Source of the DNA: Chloroflexota bacterium | GTDB taxonomy: Bacteria > Chloroflexota > Limnocylindria > Limnocylindrales > CSP1-4 | Direction of reading: 5' to 3' | Assembly (NCBI GenBank): GCA_037147135.1 | Contig: JBAWVU010000002.1 | Location: 1-34,072 of the forward strand | DNA: 34,072 bases | Shown here: in pieces, positions 14,957 through 22,939 of the stretch | Layout: each line of letters starts with the position of its first letter | Position numbering within the stretch: position 1 is the first letter of the stretch | Program-made: the position numbers and the translations under genes | The notes under the pieces: model-generated | Told to the model about the DNA's origin: nothing | The model's input: the letters and a program-made list of their open reading frames with translations, nothing else | The model's database searches: none

Positions 14957-16203
14957 GTGGGTCCCCCCGGGCTCACCCCCTTCGCCGCGGCCCACCGGCG
15001 GTACAGGTCGTCGAGCCGCTCCGCCATCGCACGCGCGAACGCTGGATCGTTGATGTCGGTGGCCATCTCGACCACTTCGACCTCGGGCCGGAGGCCGGCC
15101 TTCAGCTCACGGATGAGGGCCGCGTCCGCGACCGGGTCGTGGAACGGGGCACCGGGGACGTCGATCATCGAGACGCCGCCGAGCGGGATGAACACGGCCA
15201 GGGGCCCCGTCGCCGCGTTGAGCTTGCGGGCGATGATCCGCCCCAGCTCCGCGCACTCCGCCTCGGTCGTCCGAACGAGCGTGATCGTCGCGTTGTGGAC
15301 GTAGAGATCGCGGTCCCTGAACTGCGGCGGGACGGTCTCGAGGGGCCCGAAGTCCACCATGTCGAGCGCGCCGAGCGAGACGACCTGCGGGATCCCGAGT
15401 GAGCCGGCCATCTCGAGCCGGTCCGGCCCGGCCGAGTGGATCCCGCCCACGAGCGCGTCCGCGAGCTCGGTCGTCGTGACGTCCAGCGACCCGGTGATGA
15501 AGCCCGCCGCCATGAGCGCTTCCATCGCTCTCCCGCCGGAGCCGGTGGCATGGAAGACGAGGACCTCGTATCCCCTCTCCTCGAGGATGTCCCGGGCCGC
15601 CGTGACGCAGGGGGTCGTGACCCCGAACATCGTGGCCCCGATGAGGGGCTTCGGCGAGAGCTGCGACACGAACGACGCAGCGGCCTTCGCCATCCCGGCG
15701 ATCCCCGCCGCAGCGTTCGTGAGGATCCTCTCCGAGAGGCCGTTGATCCCGGCGATGTCGACGACCGAGTACATCATCGCGATGTCCGTGGTGCCGACGT
15801 ACGGCCGCGTTTCACCGGAGGCCATCGTCGAGACGAGGAGCTTCGGCACGCCCACGGGCAGCGCCTGCATCGCCGCCGAGACGATCGACGAGCCGCCGGA
15901 TCCGCCGAGGCCGAGGATCCCGTCGAGCCGGCCCTCGTCGTGGAGGCGCCTGACGATCACTGTCGCGCCGCGTGCCATCGCCAGGACCGCCGGCCCGCGG
16001 TCGCCGGCCGCCGCGAGGGCCGCCCTGCTTTCCCCCGCGGCCGCGGCGACTTCGTCGGCGCCTATGTCGCCGGGCGAGGGATCGCTGAGCACCCCAGCGT
16101 CGACGAGGATCACGTCGCAGCCGAGCCCACGAACGCGGTCGCGCAGGAACTCGTACTCTGCACCCTTCGTGTCGAGGGTACCGAGCAGCACCACGCTGGC
16201 CAC
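14953..16203 (-). CDS. UPF0261 family (Tm-1 N-terminal-like, putative nucleotide-binding) protein
   Basis: GTG at 16203 with GAGGGG 6 nt upstream. 416 aa. The N-terminus VASVVLLGTLDTKGAEYEFLRDRV...VILVD is characteristic of UPF0261. Confidence 0.75.
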   Translation of the reverse strand: MASVVLLGTLDTKGAEYEFLRDRVRGLGCDVILVDAGVLSDPSPGDIGADEVAAAAGESRAALAAAGDRGPAVLAMARGATVIVRRLHDEGRLDGILGLGGSGGSSIVSAAMQALPVGVPKLLVSTMASGETRPYVGTTDIAMMYSVVDIAGINGLSERILTNAAAGIAGMAKAAASFVSQLSPKPLIGATMFGVTTPCVTAARDILEERGYEVLVFHATGSGGRAMEALMAAGFITGSLDVTTTELADALVGGIHSAGPDRLEMAGSLGIPQVVSLGALDMVDFGPLETVPPQFRDRDLYVHNATITLVRTTEAECAELGRIIARKLNAATGPLAVFIPLGGVSMIDVPGAPFHDPVADAALIRELKAGLRPEVEVVEMATDINDPAFARAMAERLDDLYRRWAAAKGVSPGGPT

Positions 16204-16356
16204 GCGCGACCCCTCAGCCAGCCGTGGTCGGGACGACCGGGAACCCGCCCAGCCGGACCGGGAGGGAGTCCGTCACGATCTTCGTCATTGGCCACCTCTC
16301 GTCGACGAGTGCCCGGCGGTAGCGGAAGGGGCACGGAACTGGCGGAACTGGGACGT

Positions 16357-16377
16357 TCGATAATCGATTGTCGATAA
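16357..16377. promoter_or_regulatory. Operator-like motif copy 1 (TCGATAATCGATTGTCGATAA)
   Basis: AT-rich element in a GC-rich intergenic region. It shares TCGATAATCGATTGT exactly with copy 3. It contains the 8-bp palindrome AATCGATT and reads as three tandem heptamers, TCGATAA TCGATTG TCGATAA. Confidence 0.6.
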
Positions 16378-16405
16378 GACTAGGAACCCGTGCCCGTCGA
16401 GTCAA
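16377..16405 (-). promoter_or_regulatory. Candidate sigma-A-type promoter for the 12-gene minus-strand array
   Basis: On the minus strand: TTGACT (16405-16400), an exact 17-nt spacer, then TAGTCT (16382-16377; TANNNT). The -10 hexamer abuts operator copy 1, the same geometry as at copy 3. Confidence 0.45.
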
Positions 16406-16545
16406 GTGCCGTTGCGTGGCTCGTGACCCCGCCGGCCACCGGCGCCGCGACCCGTGCAGCCCCTCCTCGACCAGTCCGGCCGGAGCTCGCGGCCGGGACG
16501 ACGATCGCGCCCGCGCAGAACGACGGATACCGCTGCAAGTACCGC

Positions 16546-16574
16546 TTGCCTCCAGCGCATCGATAATCGATGAT
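16546..16574 (+). promoter_or_regulatory. Candidate promoter for the transaldolase-mmsA unit
   Basis: TTGCCT (16546-16551), a 17-nt spacer, then GATGAT (16569-16574). The -10 lies inside operator copy 2. The hexamers are weaker than at copies 1 and 3. Confidence 0.3.
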
Positions 16575-16575
16575 A
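16560..16575. promoter_or_regulatory. Operator-like motif copy 2 (TCGATAATCGATGATA)
   Basis: The 16 nt are identical to copy 4. It lies about 140 nt upstream of the transaldolase start. Confidence 0.6.
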
Positions 16576-16716
16576 CGAGGTGCACGGCAGGTGCGCCGTG
16601 CGGTCGACGGCCCGAGCCGTCACGGTCGATCCGGACAAGTGCCAGGAGCGCCGCGACCATCCGGGCACCGACGAGGTCCCCTATCCCATCTCCGGCGAAG
16701 CCGAGAGGATCACCAG

Positions 16717-17811
16717 ATGACCATGAAGCCGACCGAGAGCCCGCTCCTGCGGATGACGCGGGAGACGCCCACCCGCTACTGGAACGACTCCTGCGCCGTC
16801 GACGAGCTCGAGTACGCGGTCGAGCGCGGCGCGACGGGGGCCACGTCCAACCCGAGCATCGTGCTCGATGTCATGAAGAAGGAGAAGGCCTACTACGGAC
16901 CGCGCGTCCGGGAGCTCGCGGCAGAGCACCCCGCATGGACCGAGGTGGAGCTCACCTGGACGATCATCGAGGAGATGGCCGTCCGGGGGGCGGCGGTCCT
17001 CGGGCCGGTGTTCGACCGCGAGCGCGGCCAGATGGGGCGCCTCTCGCTCCAGACCAACCCGGCCAACCACCGCGACCCGGTCCGGATGGTGGAGCAGGGC
17101 GTGCGCTTCGCCGGGCTCGCCCCCAACATCCAGGTGAAGTTCCCGGTCACCGCGTCGGGGCTCGTCGCTATCGAGGAGGCGACCGCGCGCGGCGTCAACA
17201 TCAACGGCACGGTGAGCTTCACGGTGCCGCAGGCTCTCGCCGTCGCCGAGGCGGTCGAGCGCGGCCTCGACCGGTACGCGGCGGCCGGCGGGGACGCCGC
17301 GGCCATGACGCCGATCTGCACGATCATGGTCGGGCGGCTCGACGACTGGATGAAGGTCGTGGTCGATCGCGACAATCTCGCGGTCCACCCGGACGCGCCC
17401 AACTGGGCTGGCATCGCGGCCTTCAAGCGCGCGTACGGCATCTTCCGCGACCGCGGATACCGGTCCCGGCTCCTCGCGGCCGCCTACCGGCACCGCCTGC
17501 ACTGGACGGAGTTCGTCGGGGGGGAAGTGAGCCTCACGATGCCCTACCCGTGGCAGGTGCGGTTCAACGCGAGCGGGATCGTGCCGGAGCCGCGGATGCA
17601 CGTGCCGGTCGACCCCGCGATGATCGACGACCTCCTCGAGCGCATCCCCGATTTCCGGCGAGCGTACGAGCCCGACGGCATGACCCCGGACGAGTTCGAG
17701 TCCTTCGGGGCATCCGCGCGGACGCTCCGCGCGTTCGTCAAGTCGTATCACGATCTCCAGGGCGCGATCCGGGACCTCGTCCTGCCCGACCCCGACGTCC
17801 GGGTCGGTTGA
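16717..17811 (+). CDS. Transaldolase family protein (long ~365-aa type)
   Basis: ATG at 16717 lies 7 nt after GAGAGGA. GATGATSNPSIV (the T(T/S)NPS motif) and NIQVKFPVT (Schiff-base Lys block) are present. 364 aa. Confidence 0.8.
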   Translation: MTMKPTESPLLRMTRETPTRYWNDSCAVDELEYAVERGATGATSNPSIVLDVMKKEKAYYGPRVRELAAEHPAWTEVELTWTIIEEMAVRGAAVLGPVFDRERGQMGRLSLQTNPANHRDPVRMVEQGVRFAGLAPNIQVKFPVTASGLVAIEEATARGVNINGTVSFTVPQALAVAEAVERGLDRYAAAGGDAAAMTPICTIMVGRLDDWMKVVVDRDNLAVHPDAPNWAGIAAFKRAYGIFRDRGYRSRLLAAAYRHRLHWTEFVGGEVSLTMPYPWQVRFNASGIVPEPRMHVPVDPAMIDDLLERIPDFRRAYEPDGMTPDEFESFGASARTLRAFVKSYHDLQGAIRDLVLPDPDVRVG

Positions 17812-17857
17812 GACGGGGCGCGGTACGCTCCCCCCACACGCAAGGAGGCACACGCAC

Positions 17858-19384
17858 GTGACAACCGAGGTCGTGCAGCCCGCGACGCTGCCCATCCTGT
17901 CCCACTGGATCAACGGCCGCCCGGTCGAGGTCCTCCCCGACCAGACGGGGCCCGTCTACAACCCCGCGACGGGCGCGGTCATCGGCCGGGTACCGCGAGG
18001 CGGCTCCGCTGAGGTCGACACGGCTGTCGCAGCGGCGAGCGCGGCGTTCCCGACCTGGCGCGACATGCCGCTCATCGCGCGCAGCCAGGTCTTCTTCGCC
18101 TTCCGCGAGCAGATGTGGCAGCACCGCGAGGAGCTCGCCGCGCTGATCACCCGCGACCACGGGAAGACCTTCCCCGACGCGTTCGCGGAGGTGACCCGCG
18201 GAATCGAGACCATCGAGTTCGCGTGCGGCCTGCCGGTCCATCTCGCCGGCCTGAACACGCCGAACGTCTCCACCGGCGTCGACGCCTTCACGCTCCGCGG
18301 GCCGCTCGGCGTCACTGCCGCCATCACGCCGTTCAACTTCCCGGCGATGGTCCCCCTGTGGATCTACCCCATCGCCATGGCCTGCGGCAACACGATGATC
18401 CTCAAGCCGTCCTCGCACACGCCGGGCGCCACCCAGCTCCAGGCCGAGCTCTGGAAGGCGGCGGGCCTCCCCGACGGCGTCTTCAACGTCGTGTACGGCG
18501 GCCGCGAGGCCGTGCAGGCGATCGTCGAGCACCCGGACATCAAGGCGATCCAGTTCGTCGGGTCCACGGCCGTCGGGCGCTACGTGTACGAGACCGGCAC
18601 GAAGCTCGGCAAGCGGGTCGGGGCCTACACCTCGGCGAAGAACGCGATGATCGTCCTGCCCGACGCGGACATGGAGCTGACGGCCGACGCGGCGGTCGCC
18701 TCGGGGTATGGGTCGGCGGGCGAGCGCTGCATGGCGCAGACGCTCCTCATCGCCGTCGGCGACACCGCCGACAAGCTGCGGCCGCTCATGCTCGAGCGGA
18801 TCGCCAACCTCAAGGTCGGGCCCGGCATGGAGCCCGGCATGGACATGGGGCCGCTCTACTCGGCCGAGCACCGCGATTCGGTCATCCGCTGGATCGACAC
18901 GGGTGTGGCCGAAGGCGCGGAGCTCGTGGTCGACGGTCGGTCCTTCCACCACCCCGACAATCCCGACGGCTACTTCCTCGGCGTCACCCTCTTCGACCAT
19001 GTCACGCCGGAGATGGAGATCTACCGGGAGGAGATCTTCGGGCCGGTCCTCGGCATCGTCCGCGCGAAGACGTACGACGAGGCGCTCGGCCTCATCAACA
19101 GCCACAAGTACGCCAACGGGACCGCGATCTTCACGACCGACGGTGGTGCGGCACGGCGCTTCAAGCTCGAGGTGGAGGTGCCGATGATCGGAGTGAACGT
19201 CCCGATCCCAGTGCCGGCCGGCTACATGTCGTTCGGCGGCGCGAAGGAATCCGCTCTCGGAGACCTCGCGATGCGCGGCGAGGACGGCGTCCGATTCTTC
19301 ACCCAGCAGAAGATGGTCACCGAGCGCTGGCCGGAGCCTGGCCGCCGCGGTGCCCTGAGTCTCGTCTTCCCCGGCAACAGCTGA
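17858..19384 (+). CDS. mmsA: CoA-acylating methylmalonate-semialdehyde dehydrogenase-like aldehyde dehydrogenase
   Basis: GTG at 17858 lies 9 nt after AAGGAGG. 508 aa. ITPFNFPAMVPLW, GSAGERCMA (catalytic Cys) and GVNVPIPVPAGYMSFGG are blocks typical of MmsA/IolA. Confidence 0.8.
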   Translation: MTTEVVQPATLPILSHWINGRPVEVLPDQTGPVYNPATGAVIGRVPRGGSAEVDTAVAAASAAFPTWRDMPLIARSQVFFAFREQMWQHREELAALITRDHGKTFPDAFAEVTRGIETIEFACGLPVHLAGLNTPNVSTGVDAFTLRGPLGVTAAITPFNFPAMVPLWIYPIAMACGNTMILKPSSHTPGATQLQAELWKAAGLPDGVFNVVYGGREAVQAIVEHPDIKAIQFVGSTAVGRYVYETGTKLGKRVGAYTSAKNAMIVLPDADMELTADAAVASGYGSAGERCMAQTLLIAVGDTADKLRPLMLERIANLKVGPGMEPGMDMGPLYSAEHRDSVIRWIDTGVAEGAELVVDGRSFHHPDNPDGYFLGVTLFDHVTPEMEIYREEIFGPVLGIVRAKTYDEALGLINSHKYANGTAIFTTDGGAARRFKLEVEVPMIGVNVPIPVPAGYMSFGGAKESALGDLAMRGEDGVRFFTQQKMVTERWPEPGRRGALSLVFPGNS

Positions 19385-19410
19385 GCCGGGCTCGTTCACC
19401 CGGGCATCGA

Positions 19411-19459
19411 GAGCCCACCGCGACACCGGTCCCCGGCGCCGCGGTGGGCTCTTCTTCAT
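19411..19459 (+). terminator. Rho-independent-like terminator after mmsA
   Basis: A perfect 12-bp stem, GAGCCCACCGCG (19411-19422) pairing with CGCGGTGGGCTC (19440-19451), is followed by TTCTTCATC. Confidence 0.55.
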
Positions 19460-19486
19460 CAGGGGCGCACCGACGGGAGAAGAAGG

Positions 19487-20395
19487 ATGACCACGCCCCT
19501 CGACCTCCGCGTCGCACTCGGCCCGGTCGGCGTGTGGGAGAGCTTCGATGGGATCCCGACCGCGGATGTCCTCCGCTACGCCGGCGACGTCGAGCGGCTC
19601 GGATACGGCGCTCTCTGGGTCAACGAATCGGCCGCGCGCGAGCCGTTCGCGCTCCTCGGCGCGCTGGCCGGCGCGACCTCCCGGCTCACGCTCGGGGTCG
19701 GCATCGCCTCGATCTACGCGCGGGATGCGATGGCGGCGCGCGCGGGGGCCCGCACCGTCGCGGACCTGTCCGACGGGCGGTTCATCATGGGCCTCGGCGT
19801 CTCGCACCGCTCGTCGGTCGAAGTGCGCGGTCACGAGTACACACCACCCCTGGCGGCGATGCGGGCCTACCTCGACGCCTATGACACCGCGCCGTGGGCC
19901 GGGCCGGTCGGCCCCGAGCCGCCGCTCGTCCTGGCGGCGCTCGGGCCGGGGATGCTCCGACTCGCGGCGACCCGCACCGCCGGCGCGTTCCCGTTCCTCG
20001 TCGGCGTCGCCCACGTCGGCGCGGCGCGGCGGACACTCGACGAGGCCGCCGCCGCGGCGGGCCGCGAGGACCGGCCGATCCTCGTCGTCTCCCAGGCGGC
20101 GATCCTCGGGTCGGGCCCCGAGGCGCGCGCGACCGCTCGCGCGATCGTGGGGCGGTACCTCAAGCATCCCAACTACCGCGACAGCCTCGCTCGGGTCGGC
20201 TTCACCGTGGAACAGATCGACGCCCTCGACGACCCGCTCGTGGATTCCCTGGTGGCGATCGGGGACGAAGACGCCCTTCGCGCGCGAGTGGACGCGATGC
20301 TCCACGCCGGCGCCGACCACGTCGCGGTCATCCCCCTCGCGCCCGACGGCAGGCATGCGGACCCTTCGACTACCCGCGCGCTTGCCCCGCGATGA
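19487..20395 (+). CDS. Luciferase-like (LLM class) oxidoreductase, probably F420-dependent
   Basis: 302 aa. ATG follows GGGAGAAGAAGG. GYGALWVNES...LTLGVGIASIY...FIMGLGVSH blocks are typical of LLM-class flavin/F420 oxidoreductases. The cofactor cannot be decided by eye. Confidence 0.7.
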   Translation: MTTPLDLRVALGPVGVWESFDGIPTADVLRYAGDVERLGYGALWVNESAAREPFALLGALAGATSRLTLGVGIASIYARDAMAARAGARTVADLSDGRFIMGLGVSHRSSVEVRGHEYTPPLAAMRAYLDAYDTAPWAGPVGPEPPLVLAALGPGMLRLAATRTAGAFPFLVGVAHVGAARRTLDEAAAAAGREDRPILVVSQAAILGSGPEARATARAIVGRYLKHPNYRDSLARVGFTVEQIDALDDPLVDSLVAIGDEDALRARVDAMLHAGADHVAVIPLAPDGRHADPSTTRALAPR

Positions 20396-20484
20396 GCGGG
20401 CCGACCGGCCGCCGTGCTGCCCGTGGCACATGACGACGGAGGGACGACGGGCAGCCGGATGGCGACGCGGCGCCCGACGACGGG

Positions 20485-20513
20485 TTGACCATCTCGCTTC
20501 GGCGGCGTATCGT
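20485..20513 (+). promoter_or_regulatory. Candidate sigma-A-type promoter for the cupin-transketolase unit
   Basis: TTGACC (20485-20490), an exact 17-nt spacer, then TATCGT (20508-20513; TANNNT). Operator copy 3 begins at the last base of the -10 hexamer. Confidence 0.5.
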
Positions 20514-20529
20514 CGATAATCGATTGTTC
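20513..20529. promoter_or_regulatory. Operator-like motif copy 3 (TCGATAATCGATTGTTC)
   Basis: It shares TCGATAATCGATTGT with copy 1 and lies 54 nt upstream of the cupin start codon. Confidence 0.6.
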
Positions 20530-20582
20530 TGGACGAGAACGGCCCGCCGCACCCGACGGCAGCCGGCCCGGGAGGTACGTGG

Positions 20583-20951
20583 ATGATCAAGCGTGTCGCG
20601 CGCGCCGAGGCGGAGGTCGTGCCGCTGCCCGGCCGGACCTGGTATTCGTACTTCGGGCCGCACAACAGCGGCGCGAAGAACGTCTCGCTCGGCGTGTCGA
20701 TCTTCCCCGCGGGCTCGAGGCCGTCGGGGCACGTGCACCCCGCCGAGGAGGAGACCATCTACTGCGCCGCCGGGCGGGGCCGCATCGTCACGCCCGACGA
20801 GATCGCCGAGGTCGAGCCGGGCGTCGTCGTCCACGTCTCCCCCGGGACCTTCCACGCCACCGAGGCCGACGGGCCCGAGCCGCTCGAGCTCATCTGCGTG
20901 TTCTCGCCTCCGGTGGTCTCCGGGTCGTACGAGAAGAAGGGCGGGTCATGA
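20583..20951 (+). CDS. Cupin domain protein (possible sugar or sugar-phosphate isomerase)
   Basis: 122 aa. GGGAGG lies 7 nt upstream. GHVHPAEEETIYCAAGRG...VHVSPGTFHA fits the two-motif cupin_2 pattern (G(x)5HxH...E, then PxGxxHxxxN-like). Confidence 0.75.
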   Translation: MIKRVARAEAEVVPLPGRTWYSYFGPHNSGAKNVSLGVSIFPAGSRPSGHVHPAEEETIYCAAGRGRIVTPDEIAEVEPGVVVHVSPGTFHATEADGPEPLELICVFSPPVVSGSYEKKGGS

Positions 20952-21847
20952 GCGAGCCTTCCGCGACCGCCGGCATCGATGCCGTCGAGATCGCCCGCCT
21001 CGAAGAGGTCGCGCGGCGGATCCGCGTCGAGGTCATCCGAGCCGTGAACCACGCGAGGGCCGGCCACCTCGGCGGCCCACTGTCCGCGGCAGACATCCTC
21101 GCCGTCCTCTACTTCCACGTCATGCGCATCCGCCCGGACGAGCCGCGATGGCCCGACCGCGACCGGTTCGTCCTCAGCAAGGGCCATTCATCGATCGGCC
21201 TCTACGCAGCGATGGCGCTCCGCGGGTACTTCCCCGTCGAGGAGCTCTCGACGTTCGACGCCGCGCACTCCCGGCTCCAGGGCCACCCCGACATGACGCG
21301 GCTGCCGGGCCTCGACATGTCGAGCGGGTCGCTCGGGATGGGGATCTCGGCGGCGATGGGGATGGCCCTCGGCGCGCGCCTCACCGGGCGTGACAGCCGT
21401 GCGTACGTGATGCTCGGCGACGGCGAGTGCCAGGAGGGCGAGGTCTGGGAGGCGGCCATGTCGGCCGAGCGGTACGGCCTGGACAACCTCATCGCGATTG
21501 TCGACCACAACAGGCTCCAGCAATACGGCTGGCCCGGAGAGGGCCCGGACGGTCGCACGCCGCCCCAGATCCCCGGCGAGCTGGTCGCCAAGTGGACCGC
21601 CTTCGGATGGCGCGTGCTCGAGGTGGACGGCCACGACATCGCCGCGGTGGTCTCCACGCTGCAGGAGGCCGCGCGCGGCGACGGCCGCCCGGTCGTCGTC
21701 ATCGCCCACACCGTCAAGGGCAAGGGCGTCTCGTACATGGAGGGCCACTACTTCTGGCACACGCGCGCGCTCAAGCCGGACGAGTTCGCGATCGCGATGG
21801 CGGACCTTGGCGAGCCGGTCCCAGCGACCGAAGGAGACGGGCGATGA
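20948..21847 (+). CDS. Transketolase N-terminal (thiamine diphosphate-binding) subunit
   Basis: 299 aa. AGHLGGPLSAADIL, SKGHSSIGLYA and MLGDGECQEGEVWEA (the GDG-x-E ThDP motif) are present. The ATG overlaps the cupin stop as ATGA. Confidence 0.9.
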   Translation: MSEPSATAGIDAVEIARLEEVARRIRVEVIRAVNHARAGHLGGPLSAADILAVLYFHVMRIRPDEPRWPDRDRFVLSKGHSSIGLYAAMALRGYFPVEELSTFDAAHSRLQGHPDMTRLPGLDMSSGSLGMGISAAMGMALGARLTGRDSRAYVMLGDGECQEGEVWEAAMSAERYGLDNLIAIVDHNRLQQYGWPGEGPDGRTPPQIPGELVAKWTAFGWRVLEVDGHDIAAVVSTLQEAARGDGRPVVVIAHTVKGKGVSYMEGHYFWHTRALKPDEFAIAMADLGEPVPATEGDGR

Positions 21848-22791
21848 CGCTGCCGATGGGCCGCCCCATGAGGGAGATCTTCGGCGAGACGGTGGCGACG
21901 CTCGCGGGCGAGGACCCGCGGATCGTCATGCTCGATGGCGACGTCGGGAGCTCGACGCGGGCGGACATCTTCGAGAAGGCGCACCCGGATCGATACCTCC
22001 AGATGGGGATCGCCGAGCAGAACATGCTCGGCGTCGCCGCCGGGCTCGCGACGATGGGCCTGATCCCGTTCATCAGCACGTTCGTGTCGTTCGCCGTCGT
22101 CCGGCCGCTCGACCAGATCCGGGTCCTCATCGCGCAGACGGGACTCCCGGTGAAGATCACCGCCGGCTATGCGGGGCTCTTCACCGGACAGACGGGGATG
22201 AGCCACATCATCGTGGACGACCTCTCGATCATGCGGGCGATGCCCGGCATGGTGACCGTCGCCCCGGCCGATGACGTCGAGGCCGCACAGGTGCTGCGCT
22301 GGGCAGCGGGCTACGACGGCCCGGTCTACGTCCGACTCGTCCGCGACGCGACGCAGCGCCTCTTCGACGACTCGTACCGGTTCGAGCTCGGGAAGGCCGT
22401 CGTCGTTCGTGAAGGCGCCGATGTGACGCTCGTGAGCACGGGGACCCAGACACCGCGCGTGGTGGACGCCGCCGAGATGCTCGCGACGGACGGGATCGAC
22501 GCGCACGTCCTCCACGTCCCGACCATCAAGCCGCTCGATACGGAGGCGATCGTCGCCGCCGCGGAGCGGACCGGCCGGGTCATCACGGTCGAGGAGCACA
22601 CCATCATCGGCGGGCTCGGGGGCGCCGTCGCGGAGACGCTCGGGGAGCACCGTCCGACCCGCGTCTCGCGGATCGGCCTGCAGGACCTCTACCCGGAGTC
22701 GGGACCGAACGAGGCCCTCCTCGACATCTACGGGCTGTCGGCCGCGAGGGTTGCGGAGCAGGTTCGCGGCATCCTGCGCGCCGACGGCTGA
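21844..22791 (+). CDS. Transketolase C-terminal (pyrimidine-binding) subunit
   Basis: 315 aa. RYLQMGIAEQNMLGVAAGLA, FISTFVSF and VTVEEHTIIGGLG are present. The ATG overlaps the preceding stop as ATGA. Confidence 0.9.
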   Translation: MTLPMGRPMREIFGETVATLAGEDPRIVMLDGDVGSSTRADIFEKAHPDRYLQMGIAEQNMLGVAAGLATMGLIPFISTFVSFAVVRPLDQIRVLIAQTGLPVKITAGYAGLFTGQTGMSHIIVDDLSIMRAMPGMVTVAPADDVEAAQVLRWAAGYDGPVYVRLVRDATQRLFDDSYRFELGKAVVVREGADVTLVSTGTQTPRVVDAAEMLATDGIDAHVLHVPTIKPLDTEAIVAAAERTGRVITVEEHTIIGGLGGAVAETLGEHRPTRVSRIGLQDLYPESGPNEALLDIYGLSAARVAEQVRGILRADG

Positions 22792-22804
22792 CGGGCGCCG
22801 ATCG
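22743..22804 (+). repeat. Direct repeat copy 1 (last 49 nt of the transketolase C-subunit gene including its stop, plus 13 nt downstream)
   Basis: The 62 nt align without gaps to 29174-29235, with 3 mismatches at 22747, 22752 and 22781. Confidence 0.85.
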
Positions 22805-22835
22805 TCACGGAGCCACGCCTCCACCGTCACCGCGG

Positions 22836-22865
22836 GGCGGGAGAGCCCGGCCGGGCTCTCCCGCC
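22836..22865. terminator. Bidirectional hairpin between convergent genes
   Basis: A perfect 13-bp stem, GGCGGGAGAGCCC / GGGCTCTCCCGCC, with a 4-nt GGCC loop. It sits between the transketolase stop (22791) and the DMT stop (22940). There is no U-tract. Confidence 0.5.
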
Positions 22866-22939
22866 TGGGCCGGATGCGCCGCAAGCCGCGGGCCAAGGCC
22901 GGCCGGGCCCACCACGTCCGCCCCCGCTGAGAACGGGCG

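Noticed and set aside
16335-16351. Short tandem GGAACTGGC GGAACTGG next to operator copy 1
   Set aside because: There are only two short copies and the element does not recur at the other promoter regions, so the evidence for function is insufficient.
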